A stretch of DNA of 64,000 bases from the human T2T-CHM13v2.0 reference genome, Homo sapiens. Below are positions 62,901-64,000 of the stretch, piece after piece (the first letter of the stretch is position 1; each line of letters opens with the position of its first letter). The position numbers were made by a program, and so were the translations under genes. Under the pieces are notes generated by a model, which saw nothing but the letters and a program-made list of their open reading frames with translations, had not been told where the DNA came from and ran no database searches. The stretch is taken from NCBI RefSeq assembly GCF_009914755.1, contig NC_060926.1; one strand, written 5' to 3'.

Positions 62901-64000
62901 TGTTGGGGACAGAGGACACAACGGAAGCCAGCAAGCCAAAGCCCCTCATTCCAAACACCAGCTTTGGAGTCCGTACAGGGCTGGCTGTCCACATGGTCAT
63001 CTGTTCTCAGACAAAAACTTCACTACACATTGCAGAAAAAAATAAGAAGTGAACTTTGTCCCTGTGATTTCTGCTGTCCCCACTCATTGACGGTCTGTTG
63101 GAACCTTGGGCGGAGTCTTGTCTGCATTTCGCGTGGGCACCTGCAAAGAAGCTCGTGACATGGTGGGACCCCAGTGACACAGAGCTGCAGAGTCTGGACT
63201 GCAAAGGCCTTCACCCTCAAAGTCGCTCATTCACAGAGTGGGAAACTGGAAGAGCGGGCCAAAACGAACGGAATGGAATTTTAAAGGGATTGATGTAAAT
63301 TTCTGCTCTGGAGTTTTTTTTAAAATAAACGTTATACATGTTTGGAATGAAGGGAAACAATAGCCAGCTGTGTACGTGTGGGAGCCGATAGGAGTCGGGA
63401 GGACACAAAATTAATACAGTAATGAAAATGTCAGAGACCAGCCCCATCACCCCACAGTATATCAAATTTCCCCAGTGAATCATCTCGGAGGAAATGCCTT
63501 CCGTAGTACCGAATAAAAACCATGAGAGTCAACCGTGGTCTGCAGCTTGTGGGAATTTCTTCAGCCACCCACACCGCTGGTTTGGATGACAAATAAGCCC
63601 CCACAAGCCACGCTGAGCCCAGTGGCCACTTGAGGCTGCTTAGATCTGTCTCGGCTCTGAGGACCTCCCTCTGGAAAATGTACATCCTGTGCACTTGAAT
63701 TTACTGAAACTTCTTCATTTTAACTTTGTAATCAAGGCCAATCATTTTCATGTCAATTTTTTAAAAACCCCATCGCAGGGAAAACAGGGCTCTGCACACA
63801 GGAAATACTCAGAAGCCATGTTTCTACTTAATGGTAAAATAAGGACCAACAATTCTTGTGTTACCAACCTCACCAGGTTTTCAGGTCAAAGGAAATATAC
63901 CACTGACGTCTTTGCAAATACAGACGTTCCCCAAAAAGCATATTTGGGTTTGTATAACACCTCAATTAACTGGATTAAATTGGGAATGGGTTTCTGGTTA

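Overview
This is not a prokaryotic window. It is hominoid (most likely human) intergenic or deep-intronic DNA, and most of it is interspersed repeats: 11 Alus (AluY/AluS), L1s of many ages (L1M*, L1PB1, L1PA3, L1PA8-like, L1PA15/16-like), L2/MIR relics, MaLR LTRs (THE1/MST), several ERVL-class elements including a two-LTR MLT2/ERVL provirus, solo MER11 (HERV-K HML-8) and LTR2 (HERV-E) LTRs, and DNA transposons (Charlie1, MER1A, Tigger2a, MER102-like). I find no supportable protein-coding gene, RNA gene or CRISPR array. The ORFs in the track are repeat-derived or chance ORFs, and I see no evidence for a new multi-gene biological system. The best observations are structural and directly visible: (1) a ~336-bp, ~94%-identical copy of an ancient ERVL RT segment sitting 4.2 kb from its source; (2) an old L1 carrying a ~110-nt 3' transduction inside a perfect 15-bp TSD; (3) a TSD-less L1PA3 inside ERVL gag next to a microhomology-joined gag-pol deletion; (4) template-switch-like palindromes and a serial micro-triplication; (5) a solo LTR2 that has lost its poly(A) signal but carries a splice donor. 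Repeat family names come from my recall of consensus sequences, not from a database search. Boundaries without a stated TSD are approximate.
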